Assembly (NCBI RefSeq): GCF_000002075.1
Contig: NW_004797283.1
Location: 1,170,551 to 1,234,550, forward strand
Reading direction: 5' to 3'
DNA length: 64,000 nt
Source of the DNA: Aplysia californica
Lineage: Eukaryota
In this document: positions 12,256 through 24,100 of the stretch, piece by piece
How the letters are laid out: the number at the start of each line of letters is the position of its first letter
Numbering within the stretch: position 1 is the stretch's first letter
The notes under the pieces: model-generated
What the model was told of the DNA's origin: nothing
The model's database searches: none
What the model saw: the letters and a program-made list of their open reading frames with translations, nothing else
Made by a program: the position numbers and the translations under genes

Positions 12256-13680
12256 TACTGTCGATCACAAAAAGGTACCACCTTTTATGTTTGATCTGTT
12301 CGTCTTTCCTTTAGAAAAAAAATAATTTTCGACAACGAAATTGAAATATGAAATATTTGACAGATATAAATCAAGGTGAAATGATTGTTTTTCAACGAAA
12401 ACGTCTCTTTTGTGAGTAAACTTAGACAACAGGAGTAAAATCCAAAAGTCACACATTGGTAGCCTACACCGCGTGATGTCCCTGAGCATCAGCACATCAG
12501 TGTAACTCCTGCGCATAGAGCACCCAATTCTGTCTGCAAAATAGTGTTTCAGGCATTGGTGAAGGCTTGCTGCAGCTGTAAAACTAAAATGGTTCTGGAA
12601 CCGAGATTCACGTCAAATGAACACAGCCAATCCTGTCCCACAGGTGCTCAGTTGGGTTCAAACCTGGTGAAAGGACAGGCCGTGACTCCATTACAGTACA
12701 GCGACGTTATTCTAGATATATGAAAAACAAACAAACAAAAACCATACGGAGTGGAGTGCACGGGCACATTGTCTTGTTGGGATGTCATGGGCTGATTGTG
12801 TTGTTAAAGAAATAACAGAGAGTGCACATGTAGTCTCCTGTACACTTTTATACTCCCATCGTGGAGTTCAAATTGGAAGTAAAAATCATCCGAGGCGGGG
12901 ACGGTGTCGCATTGCTCTGGGTCCACAGACGGTGTTCAGTTCATCCTCGCCTTACGGTGTTTGAGCTGTAAACGTAGTCTATCAATAAATGTCATATTCA
13001 TAGTCTATGTGCAGGCAACCCAGTAACACTAGTCTTTAATTTTAATCACTTCAGTCTGTGATGTAGGCCTACTGTGTGCTGGCTGACGAGTAAAAGTACA
13101 CAGGAAATTGTCTTGCGGATTGAGACGATTTATCAGGTGCACTGTCTTGATGTAATATATCGGTCTTGAGCAGGCATTGTTGCCCTTTAAGGACCAGTTC
13201 TGAGTTGGTCTTGAATAAACCAAGTCACAACCTACCATTGTCTCAAAAGGCTGATTGTCCTACGCCTGACGTTGAATAATATTGATGAATGTCCTCGCAC
13301 CGCACCGCTGAGCATGCCGATGGCTTGATTTTCTGATCTTGAGTTAAAGGTACCGTCTTTTTTTGGGTGACAGTTATCAAATGTTATTGTGGCTTTAACA
13401 TTAAGTGAACACAGATCTAGACCCTAAACTTAATTTAATTTTTTTTTTTTATTTGGAGTCATGTGGTCGAGGACAAAATCCGAATTTTGTTGTTCTTGTT
13501 TCAGTTTCACATGGGTGCTATAAACAAAAATTGAAGTACCAAAATGTTATGTTTATGACATTACCTCCTTTTCACAGTACTTTGTACTACTCATGTGAAA
13601 AGTATTAAAGCGTAAAGACTCAAAAGACGATATTTTTTAAACTCAATCAAAACGTGATACTTTTCTTTTGATCGTCAGTA
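12256..13680 (-). mobile_element. Decayed Tc1-family transposon
   Basis: Imperfect TIRs tactgtcgatcacaaaaagg / cttttgatcgtcagta; frameshifted peptides IGML..FNV.RRTISLL..AQDRYI, HRKARM..SDD..DG..VYRR, LSPGLNPTEHLWD, SMRR. Confidence 0.72.
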
Positions 13681-14257
13681 CATGTCGGCTATATATATAT
13701 ATATATATGTAGATCTAGTCTTTCTCTCGCTATTACTTTCTATGCGTTGATAGCGGCACTTAACCCATACATTAAAACTAAGCAAAATCCACACACACTT
13801 ACTTTTTTTTTCTCTTTTTGCAGACCCCCATACTTTGTACAAGGATGTTCAGTACTGTTCCACACGCCTCACCCCCCCCCCCCCTTTTTTTTTTAACCCC
13901 ACCAAACTACACCGTATCCACGAACAGGTACGGTACATACAAACAAGATTTCCATAATATATAATAGTTTATTACTCTACTCTATACCACCAAGCACAAA
14001 AACTTTGACCTCATTTCCATCCCTTTTTAACAATATTGTATACAAGGTGAGGCATAAAGATCTCCACTATTATTTGTAAGGGGCACTGTGTCGACTTTGG
14101 TAGAAGTAGAAGTAAACGTGGAGAGGCAGAGAAGGTTTTAGTTGGAAGGAAAAAGCTATCATTTTCATATATACACATTTTTTGTTTGTTTTATGTCCCC
14201 TGGCTGGTTATGTTCTTTTTTTCTCTCTTCAATATATCCATTGTACAATGCATAATT

Positions 14258-14460
14258 CAGGCAGGCTTTAACGTGGAACCCACAAGGAAAACGTAAGAAG
14301 GGAAGATCAAAGATGACATGGAGTCGAGCGGTACAAGCAGAAATTGAAAAAGCGGGGACATCATGGAAACAGCTAGAGAAGGATGCTCAGAACAAGCTTC
14401 ACTGGAGTAATGTTGATGGCCTGTGCTCCACTGGGAGTTAAAAGGGACAAGAGAGAGAGA
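14258..14460 (+). mobile_element. RTE-clade LINE 3' fragment
   Basis: QALTWNPQGKRKKGRSKMTWSRAV..SWKQLEKDAQN..GLCSTG followed by an (AG)n tail. Confidence 0.8.
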
Positions 14461-14598
14461 TAATGCATAATACTTGTTATCCCTTTTCTCTGTCTACAAC
14501 TACATTTGTACAATGCACTATGGTCAAGCACATGTTTTGTCATTGTTTTCCCTTTCTGGAATTGTACACCCGAAGAGTTATCTCTGGATGTATCTATA

Positions 14599-14767
14599 CA
14601 GTCAAAATTGTACAGAAAATTGGCTATCTTAGAGTAGACGGGTGGAGGTCTTAATAACGTATACAGTGTCATTAAAATATCGTTGTTTTTTTAATGAAAG
14701 GGAGGGGGGTGGCTGTTAGTGCAGGTGATTGGCTTATATACTGGTGAGTATTAGAGTAGGTTCGACA

Positions 14768-14768
<1 letters not shown>
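14599..14768. mobile_element. MITE, same family, followed by (TA)n
   Basis: ta-cagtcaaaattgt..ggttcgacag-ta. Confidence 0.6.
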
Positions 14769-14807
<39 letters not shown>

Positions 14808-14850
14808 ATATATATATATATACATGTATATTATATATATATATATATAT
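14769..14850. repeat. (TA)n microsatellite
   Basis: Direct. Confidence 0.95.
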
Positions 14851-15303
14851 AAATGTGTTTATGTTCGCACACTATCCTGAAGGCCTTCACTTCCTTTTAT
14901 CTCTAACTCTAATATAATGTATCCCGGCCATATGATTGTAGAGTAGTCATGTGGTCTGAACGTACAATAGACTTTGCTCAAGATGATGTCAAGAGGACTC
15001 CAAAAAAATTATCTTATCAGTTATGATCAGTCTCCTCCCTTTCTCTACAGTACGATGAGATCGGGGATACAAAGAAGACAGTTATAATATCTGACTGAAA
15101 AGCACTTTATCAGACCAAAGTAAGTAAGACACATAATTTTATCCGTGGAAGCTGCTTAGAGATCCACTTCTCCAATACAACAAGTGCTGTAGGATACAGA
15201 AGAATTTGTTCATAATGACAAATTCGGTTCTATTAGAATTCTAATTCTTTAGTACGAGTACTAGTACGATGTTTTTCTTTTCTCTGGACTCCAAAACTTT
15301 TAT

Positions 15304-15502
15304 CTTTTACGCCTCTATCCAACACAATTTAGATCATTAGGGAGTCAGTCTTCAATGCTGCCTGTCAGGGCCAACCCTGACCCAGAGACATCCCAGCAGA
15401 ATGACAGAGAAACTTGATAAAAATTCTCCCCACTTGTGATTCGAACTCAGGTCTCCTGCATGCGACAGTGAAGTGCCTAACCACTACACCACAGACATCA
15501 GT
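15304..15502 (-). mobile_element. SINE family B
   Basis: A box TGGTGTAGTGG, B box AGTTCGAATC, shared body. Confidence 0.75.
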
Positions 15503-16084
15503 TTACAATTCCAGTTTTTAGAAAAAGGAAGAATTTTTTTTATTATTTGGTGATTTTTTAAAATCTGTAAGTTCTGAGGTTTTTAATGTCGGCGTTTTTA
15601 CGCTCCCATTAACACAAGTTACATCATTTATGAGGTGGGGCTCTGCTTCGACTGTCAAGGCACCCCGGAAATAGCAGGTCACAAGAGATTGACAAACATA
15701 CAAAAGAAGTAGAGGAAAATGACAATAGTAAGGATCAGGAAAGAAAAAGCAACAGTTCACTGTTGTAGATCAGGCACAGTTATGAGCGTGACATGAGTCA
15801 GCCCATTTACAATTCTACTTCAACTACTATGCTTGAACGAAAAATGTCCCCCCTTTGGGAATGGCCTAAAGACATTACAGTCAGTGGCACTGCCTTCGTG
15901 CAACAGCGAAGCACATATTCGCTACACCACAGACACTGTTACACTCATCTACATGTTTGTTTGAGTAAAGAGAACACATCAGCACAATGATAGTCATTTA
16001 GTTCCATGAAAAAGTAAGACAGACAGAAATAACAAAGGGAAAGTAAAGAAGTGGGACTTTGTTTTATTTTTTAAATTTCAGTTA

Positions 16085-16253
16085 AAGATTTACAACACTT
16101 TCAACAAAATTAGGTCGTATAAGTGCCGACGATTAGATGTATTATTAGAGAGTAGAGTAACAAATGTACGAAGAAAAGAAGGAGAGGTAAGGGCAATAGA
16201 TGTTTGATAGGAAAGAAAGGGCAAACCACATCAGAGCACCCACCAACTACACA
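16085..16253 (-). mobile_element. Short retroposon family C, diverged
   Basis: gatgtttgataggaaag..caaaccacatcagagcaccc. Confidence 0.65.
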
Positions 16254-17796
16254 CTTATTCAAGTAAAGAGAAGCACATCAGTACTAGTACTGGGAAAAAG
16301 TAAGACTGACAGAAAACATCTCAGGGGAAAGAAAAGATGTAGAACTTACCAGTGGCACCCTCCCACCACCCATCTATCCCCTGTCACTACTAGCAGAAAC
16401 AAGAAAAACTCTAAACTACTGTACGAAAGAAAAAAAAAGCAGAGGATATGTAATGTTTTCACTACTGCCAGCTTCTCACTCTGTGTGAATACATAACAAG
16501 AGATTCATCCGTTCAGTATAAAAGTGAAAAGTCTTCACATACCGCTGCTGTTAATAGTACATGTATGATTACCTTACTTAACTGTTCAACCATAAATGCT
16601 ACATGTACAACAAATGCCTCATAAATATAATTCCCTGGACCACTACAAACTTGACACATGCATAATATCAACCCTTTACATGTGTCTGGACAATCTGACC
16701 CCAAATCAGCTGATATTGTTATCACTCATGTCCTATATTTATCAACCACTAACAATAACATCACAGAATGCGGAAAAAAAGCTTAGTCAGCAAAAGATCT
16801 CATTTTATAGAGTAGAGAGTTACACACATACCAAACACAACAAGAGTAAATGGTGCATTTTGAAGTATGAAATTTTTTTATTAACACAATGAATGAATAG
16901 CCTTTCTCAGCAAAACTTAAATTCAAACAAACTCATTGGTTTTTTTAAAATTCAACTGACATGGGAGAGCCAATTTAACAGATGGAAGAACACATTCTGA
17001 TGAGTAAGTCACGCTTTTGACATAAAATTATGTCTAATAAATGTGTAAGAAGACTCCAGCGGAAAAAACCACACAAATTTTATCAAATTAGTTCTTGCCC
17101 TTGTGGCACTCTTTAAAAATCAATATTAGATCTATATTTCTTCTCAACAAATGATTCCAAGGATAACCCAGCTAGCTATGTAATGTAAAAGAAATGTTAT
17201 ACTCACAATCAGGTAGCCTACTTTCGAACTTTTAATTTCCATTTTTTTTTCACTTTCTTAAAATGTGACTTATCTGGTTTTTCCACTGGCCCCTACATAT
17301 ATGTATAAACATGACTTCCATACAATGTCAACGTTTTAAGTGTAAAACATGGATCAACATGAGGATTTTAATGACTCTCAGCACAGTACAGTCAAGATAG
17401 TTTGACTTAAGGCAATACATAATCCAGCAAATTGCCTAAGAACTGGGCAAAGAGATAACATTCTCAGATAAAAAGTAATGATTACTGAAAGCAGTATAAG
17501 AGTTTTGTGCTTCATAATTAAAATAAACAAGAGGAAAAAAACAAACAAAGGAACGACAATTAACTCTACTAGAAAAGGGTATGTTGCTAGCAACCAATTC
17601 TCAGAACAGGCAAAAGAGGTACATGTATGGCACAGTCAAGCAATCCAGACACACACATGTTGTGCTTGACTTTGAAAGCAATATCTGATCTCTCCATATC
17701 TTTTTTTTTCCACCAACAAAACAATAGATATTCCAGCTAAAGGAAAGGAATGATAGCATTAGCGTAAGTGGTGACCGACTTTTGACAACAACAAAA

Positions 17797-17875
17797 TTTA
17801 TTTAAAAAATAATGGATGAAAAAATGAGACATATCATATATATATTACTAAATGAAATGCATTCTCTACTTTATT
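17797..17875 (-). terminator. Candidate polyadenylation signals (AATAAA x2) for the spp27-like gene
   Basis: TTTATT on + strand at 17870-17875 and 17797-17802, about 170 and 240 nt after the stop codon. Confidence 0.4.
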
Positions 17876-18043
17876 ACAATTTTGATTTTTCTAAGTGCTT
17901 ATGAATATTAAAGTAGTACCAAAAACTAAAATAAAAAAACAAAACAGCATTCGCATCGTTCGGCTGTTCATGTTCTCAATGGTTTCCCAATCATAATCCC
18001 ATTCCTTCAAATGAGTTCACATGCGGAAGCTACGAACATCCAG

Positions 18044-18117
18044 CTATGATCGATGGGTATCCACAATGTGCTTTTTCAGATACTTCATCATAGCAAAAGT
18101 CCGTAACCGTTTCACAC
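18044..18117 (-). CDS. spp27: spp27-like exon 11, terminal (GVKRLRTFAMMKYLKKHIVDTHRS*)
   Basis: cttttcag acceptor; SWIB C-terminal FxMxKxLxxHI motif; TAG at 18044-18046. Confidence 0.9.
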
Positions 18118-21100
18118 CTGAAAAGAATATAATAAAACTATAGTACATAGTAATAAAAAAGACCTAGACAACTTCCTTTTAACCTTCCCAATTTGTCATT
18201 ATTTACTAGCAACTGGAGCGTCATGGCCCAAAAATAAACCAGACTTTTTGTACAATAAAATACAACATGTACGTCAAGACCAGTTTTTGGGTCATACTTG
18301 TTTGTGAAGAAAAACATTTCCAGTTGATCCATGAGTTTTTAAATGACTTGCACCACGATAAGTACATGGCTAAGGACAACTGTTGTAAATAAATGTTTCT
18401 CAGACATATCTTGGACTGATACAGTTGACTACAGATAAGTTAATGTCATTGTGGTTACGAAAAAGGATTAACTCATCCAAAGATCAGTTATACCGCCAGG
18501 ACCACAAAACAACAGGACAACAAAGTTCTTTCCCCTGCTCATACTAATAATTTTAATTTACGTCAACTACTGTGGTAAAAATGGTGGCGGCAGGAAAGGC
18601 TACAGAGCAATAATAAAATTTATCCACATCATTAATCACTGCGTGCTCACATGCACGCATGCGTTTGTGGGGGGAGGGGGGAGTGTGTGTGGTTGCAAGT
18701 GCCCACTGAAGGAAATACTAACAACATGTGAGGCATCGTGGTGAAATCAGGCACTCGTCAAAATAATTAAATCAAAGAAATCAGCATTTTTGGGGGCCCG
18801 ATGGTCAATTTTTTCTACTTTTCTTCTTTTGGCTCAACACCTTTTAAGTCCATTTAAAAACATTTTTGGATGGCTTTTCTGAAAAACATTGATTACAGGC
18901 ACAAAAAATGAAAATTTTCATTTTCCAAGGACTCTCAGGCTATGGCAGTTATCAAACTTTGGTGACCATTTTTTCGCTAATTTTACCTCTGAAATCAGGT
19001 GACCCTGACCTCCTTCAATCGCAAATAACTTGACTTCTAGTCAACATAGATGGATACTTTTTTCCACCAAAAGGAAGGCCAAAGAACAGGCTTTAAGATG
19101 ATACCAATAACCCCATATGCCTAAAAATTGACTGATTCAACCATGTTGTGACACATATGCATGTACTCGCAACATGTACCTCTGCGAAAAACTCTTGCGT
19201 TCCCTTCACTTCACTGTATTATTGAGGTTAAATGTACTTGATCACTCTTTTCCATATTATGCTTTCAAAACTAATAAATATATTTCTAGCCTTTCGTTTG
19301 CACTCACTGAATAGAAAAGTCTGTTGTCATATATATAATTATAATATATACCCTATATATATGAAAATATAACATAAAATCATCTTCATGAAGAGCTAGA
19401 CCTGAAACAGAGATCGGCGATCATGATTCACCATTCATTTCTGTGTGGGTGCTCTCAAAAAACATATTACAGGTATCTTATGCTTTCCCAGTCACCCACA
19501 GCTCAAATTCTCTAAGTAAGTTGTTCTTCGTCTACTGACCATCTGCCTCTTTCACCTATTTTTCCCGTGAGAGCGATGTTCAGGACATTTATGTCGTATC
19601 AACTGTTGAAAAAACTGCATTTCCCTTCCTAATTGTTCGTGTTACTGTATGGCCCACGTGGACTTCTTTCACCACTGCCTCATTTCATTTCCTTCTCTTT
19701 AATTCTCAAAAGTCTCCTGACCCCCCTATTTTTTTGCCTTTCATTTGTTTTCAGTATCTTACAACAAGATACTGACTATTATTATGGAGTGATATTCTAA
19801 ATACAACTCACCATCCACAATACAAACTTCTATTCATTTACGGTGTACGAGTGTAACCCACCCAGCCACAAGCTTTGAAACTTATGTCAATATTTCTCTA
19901 TAGACTGTACCGGTGTAAAACATCCAGTCACTAGGAATAAGACTTGAAATGTCACTGGGACAGGGTTAAAATTGTATGACTGAAAAATGGCAAACATGTT
20001 TTTTTTTCTTGTAAAATGTCTGGTCTATTTTAGGGTCACTACATTTTCTCCTATATAAAATGTCTGGTCTATTTTAGGGTCACCACATTTTCTCCTATAT
20101 AAAATGTCTGGTCTATTTTTGGGTCACAATGTACAATGAAGGGATAATAAGTGTATGATGCTATATCTTCTAACGTAACAACGGCCACCTAGTTTCGAAA
20201 GCATGAAAGCATGTCAGAAACAATGAATAAAGATCACATTGGCGGCTCACGCCAGTGGCTAGCCACACCACTGAGTAAAACAATTTTTCAAGCTAACTGT
20301 TCCCTTTTTCAGTCATGATTGGTTGGAAGTGTTAAATTTTTTTTAAACAAGTTGGGGATAATTCAAGTAAAACGATACAGAAGAAAAAGAGATGGCAAAT
20401 TTTAAGAGCTATCCACGATTTCGAGTTAACAATGTCTGTGTTAACTGTGCTTGATTATATGCTAGTAAATTCAAGTTTCCAGTACTGGGGCTGTAATGGT
20501 GACGAAACAGCATTTGGGGGAAAAAATGAATAAAAGAACTCACCAAACAAAGCTTCCATCTGAGGATCACACAACATGTACTGCTTGTTTTCAGGGTCCT
20601 GATGAAGACAAAAAAAACAAAAAACCATGAGAACAGTAAACACCCATAGCAGTTGAGGCATGCACCAGATCCAAGTCTGGATCGCCTTTTTAAAAATATG
20701 GCTCAGATCAAAGGAGCATATGAATACTGAATAAATCCATGTTGATTAAATTTTATATCAACCACATGTACAGGAAACTTCTTTTTCAACACATAAGACA
20801 TTTTCAAACATTAAGAACAGCAGCAGTGCCCCCCCCCCCCCCCAACAGAAAGGGAGAATTTATATGAAGTCCGGCTTTTTCAATGAAAAAGTGTACAAAT
20901 GCGTACACAAAATGCACTTGCTAGAAAATTGCACAAAGTCCAAAACTTCATGAAATGATTTTTTTTAAATTCTGTGTTTAATTTCAAGGTATAGTAAACT
21001 AAATGTCTTTGGGCGAGGATCAGTAAGGAACATCAAGCCTATTAGACACCCCAAGAGTGCTCACATTTAATTAAATAAGACTCCAAAACCTACTGATGAG

Positions 21101-24100
21101 ACAACATTCCCCTACTAAAGTCAACATTCTTTCATTAAACTATGAGGGGTTCAATTGTGTGGATACATGTGTTACTTGAACGTCATTCAACACTGCTTTT
21201 CAGACCAGTTTTTAGAACCCCATGGTTTGATCACAAGAACGAAAAACCTTAGCGTGAATGCTTACAACACATATACATTGTTTATTTCAACATATATGAT
21301 GTTCGTTAGCCCTGCGTTTCCATTGAAAAAAAATAATCAGCCAAATGCATCCATGGTACCTGTAGGTCTATACAGTAATGGGACGAGCGGATCATTCCCA
21401 GTAGCAGACTTCAAAAAGAAACGTTAAACAACAACAAAAATATTAAAGCACAATGGCTTTCAGAACATTTTAGAAATTCACTGTTGTTTCATATCCCACC
21501 CCCCACACCCCTATTTTAAAAATGAAATTACAGTTGTTCTTACACTGTCCAAGGCATCCACCTGTCTAAGACAGTCACTTTTTCTCCTTAAACAGGGGTG
21601 GCTATTTAGGACAATGTCAGCTCTATTTCTAAACCACAAATTTGACAAATACAGCTTTTTGAATACGAAGGGATATCAATAAGTTTTTTACCTGAGTATG
21701 AAGGAGTGGAGCTACGAACTTGAAATTTGGTATATGTAGACACTTATTTCTCTATGTAGTCACCAGCCGCAAGAACACATTTTTGCCAGCAATGAAAGAC
21801 CTTGAAAAGTCCTTCAATTAATTCTGCACTTTGGCTTTCTTAGGGGTTGGGGGAAGATGGTGTTTTCCATTTGCATTGAAGCAGATTTTGACTCTGGGTC
21901 GAAGTGATAGACCCAGCTTTCATCCATTGTTACTAAACAGTCAAAAAAGGTGTCAGGATCTTCATCAAACATGTCAATCATTTGCTGACTGCACTGTGCT
22001 CTCTGTTCTTTTTGATGAGGGGTAAGGAGACGGGGCACCCATCTTGCAGACACTTTCGACATATTCAAATGGTCATGAAGAATTGTTTCAACAGATCCAT
22101 AGCTCAAGCCAGTTTCAGCACAAAGTTGTCCAAGAGTAATGCGCCTGTCATTCAGAACAATCTTCTTGACTTTTGAAACATTGTCTTCAGTCACCACTGA
22201 GACAGGGCGACCTTCTCAAGGGTATTCTTCAATGGACATGTTACAACATTTGAATCGCTTGCACCAATATTTGACCACATCATAGCTTGGGCAGATATCT
22301 CCATACACTACTGACATTTCATTGTGTACAGACTGTGCACCACAGCTCTCATTACAATTTTGTCCATTTTGTGAACAAAAATGAAGAGTGCTAATCAAAA
22401 CTACCTGCTGTACAACCTGGACTGACCATCGGAAGTTCCCAATTATTGGTGTGCATTCTTAGTTTAGATGTATCTTGAACCTGTTCAAATTTCAAGTTCC
22501 TAGCTCCACTCCTTCATGCATAGGTAAAAAACTTATTGATGCCCCTCGTACTTTCATACAGATCTCTGTAGCGGAATACAGCCAAGTCATATCTTTTTTC
22601 TTTAATTGGACAAAAGCTGCAGACAAAACACTCCTTGTTTCTAATTTGCTTTTGTTGGGGTTTTTTCAAAGTTTTGAAAATGATAGCAGAAAAGGTAAGC
22701 AGTTTGGGTCTTCTATACACACCTGAAGATTCCTCTCCTTCACTATCGACCACATAGTTTTCACTACGTCTGATCGAGGCATCTGAAATTGAAATGACAG
22801 AACACAGGTTGAGATATTAGTACATTTTCATTTCTATGCAGGTAGTAACGCCTCAAAGAACATGCAATAGATCACTTTAAAGGCTAAACACAGTCACATC
22901 CAGTCTGACAGCCAAGCACTGGTAATTTAGACAAATTATAAGAAGAATTTTGGCCCATTTCAGAATTTAATCTTAAACTTCAGAGTACTAGTCTAGTTCA
23001 TAACAGGCTGCGCAATAGAGATAGGTAGCACAATAAATGTGACTAAACCATATTTAGATAAATAAAAGATATCTTTTTAGAAAATCTTCAAAAAAGAGGC
23101 CATTCTATAATAGCACAATAATTTCATTGTTCTTCTCAAGACAGCTTGTGGTCTTTGAGTGTAGAAAACATATACATAGTCGCTTTATTTCGCAACCTGT
23201 GCCAGGCCATAAAAGTTTAGTTTTAGTAGAGGTTTTACGGCGCTCGCAACTGCATAAGATCATATGAGCGCCAGAAGATTAGAGGTGTTACAAGAGAGTA
23301 ACAAACAAAAAAAGAAGAAGGGGAGATAACGATGATAGATGTTTGATAGGAAAGAAGAAGCAAACCACACCAGAGCACCCGCCAACCAACCACAGGCCAT
23401 AAAAGGAGAAGTACAGTTAATGCAAACTTCACACCTACAAGTACCCAAAAGTCTGAACAGTAAAATAAATCCCACTCAGCTATACAAATGCAATAGCAAT
23501 GTACTACTATAAAATCATCTAGATGCAGTGAGGCGCAGAATGACTCCAAGCTTGAATTTTTAAAAACCCAAACAAAAAGCAAATCGTAAACATAAATGTC
23601 CCATCGAAGGGGTTTTTCCACAACAGGGTTTCCACGAATTTAAAAGCATTACTGAAACCAGTTGCTATGCTTTGAGCATATCTTTAGCCCTATCCGTACG
23701 TCGTGTTTTACTATCGTATCCATACGACAAGGGAAACTCTGTGCCACCACTTTCTCAAGAGGAAATTTACTTGTTAATCCGATCCGTACGCTTTGCATAG
23801 CAGTCTGTCAGATTGATTTTTTGAGAAACACTGAAAGTTTCAAAGAGATCTTCGCATTAGAACTATTCTAAAATGTGAACAACACAACTCCGGTGGTACA
23901 AAATGACCCCAGGGCGTACGGAGAGGGTTTAAGCAAAAGAGAAGTACAAACGTATGGCTACACATCCATACTCACATTTTTACAGGATAGAGAGTACGGC
24001 AGATAGAAAAGAGGTAGCATACAGACATTAATTAAGAAATTAATACTTAAAAAAGATAAAAGATACAAATAGAACAATAAAAGACTGAAAAATGCCAGAC

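Noticed and set aside
20012-20128. Regular 44-bp repeats as a possible CRISPR-like array
   Set aside because: Head-to-tail copies with no unique spacers in a eukaryotic intron; a simple minisatellite.
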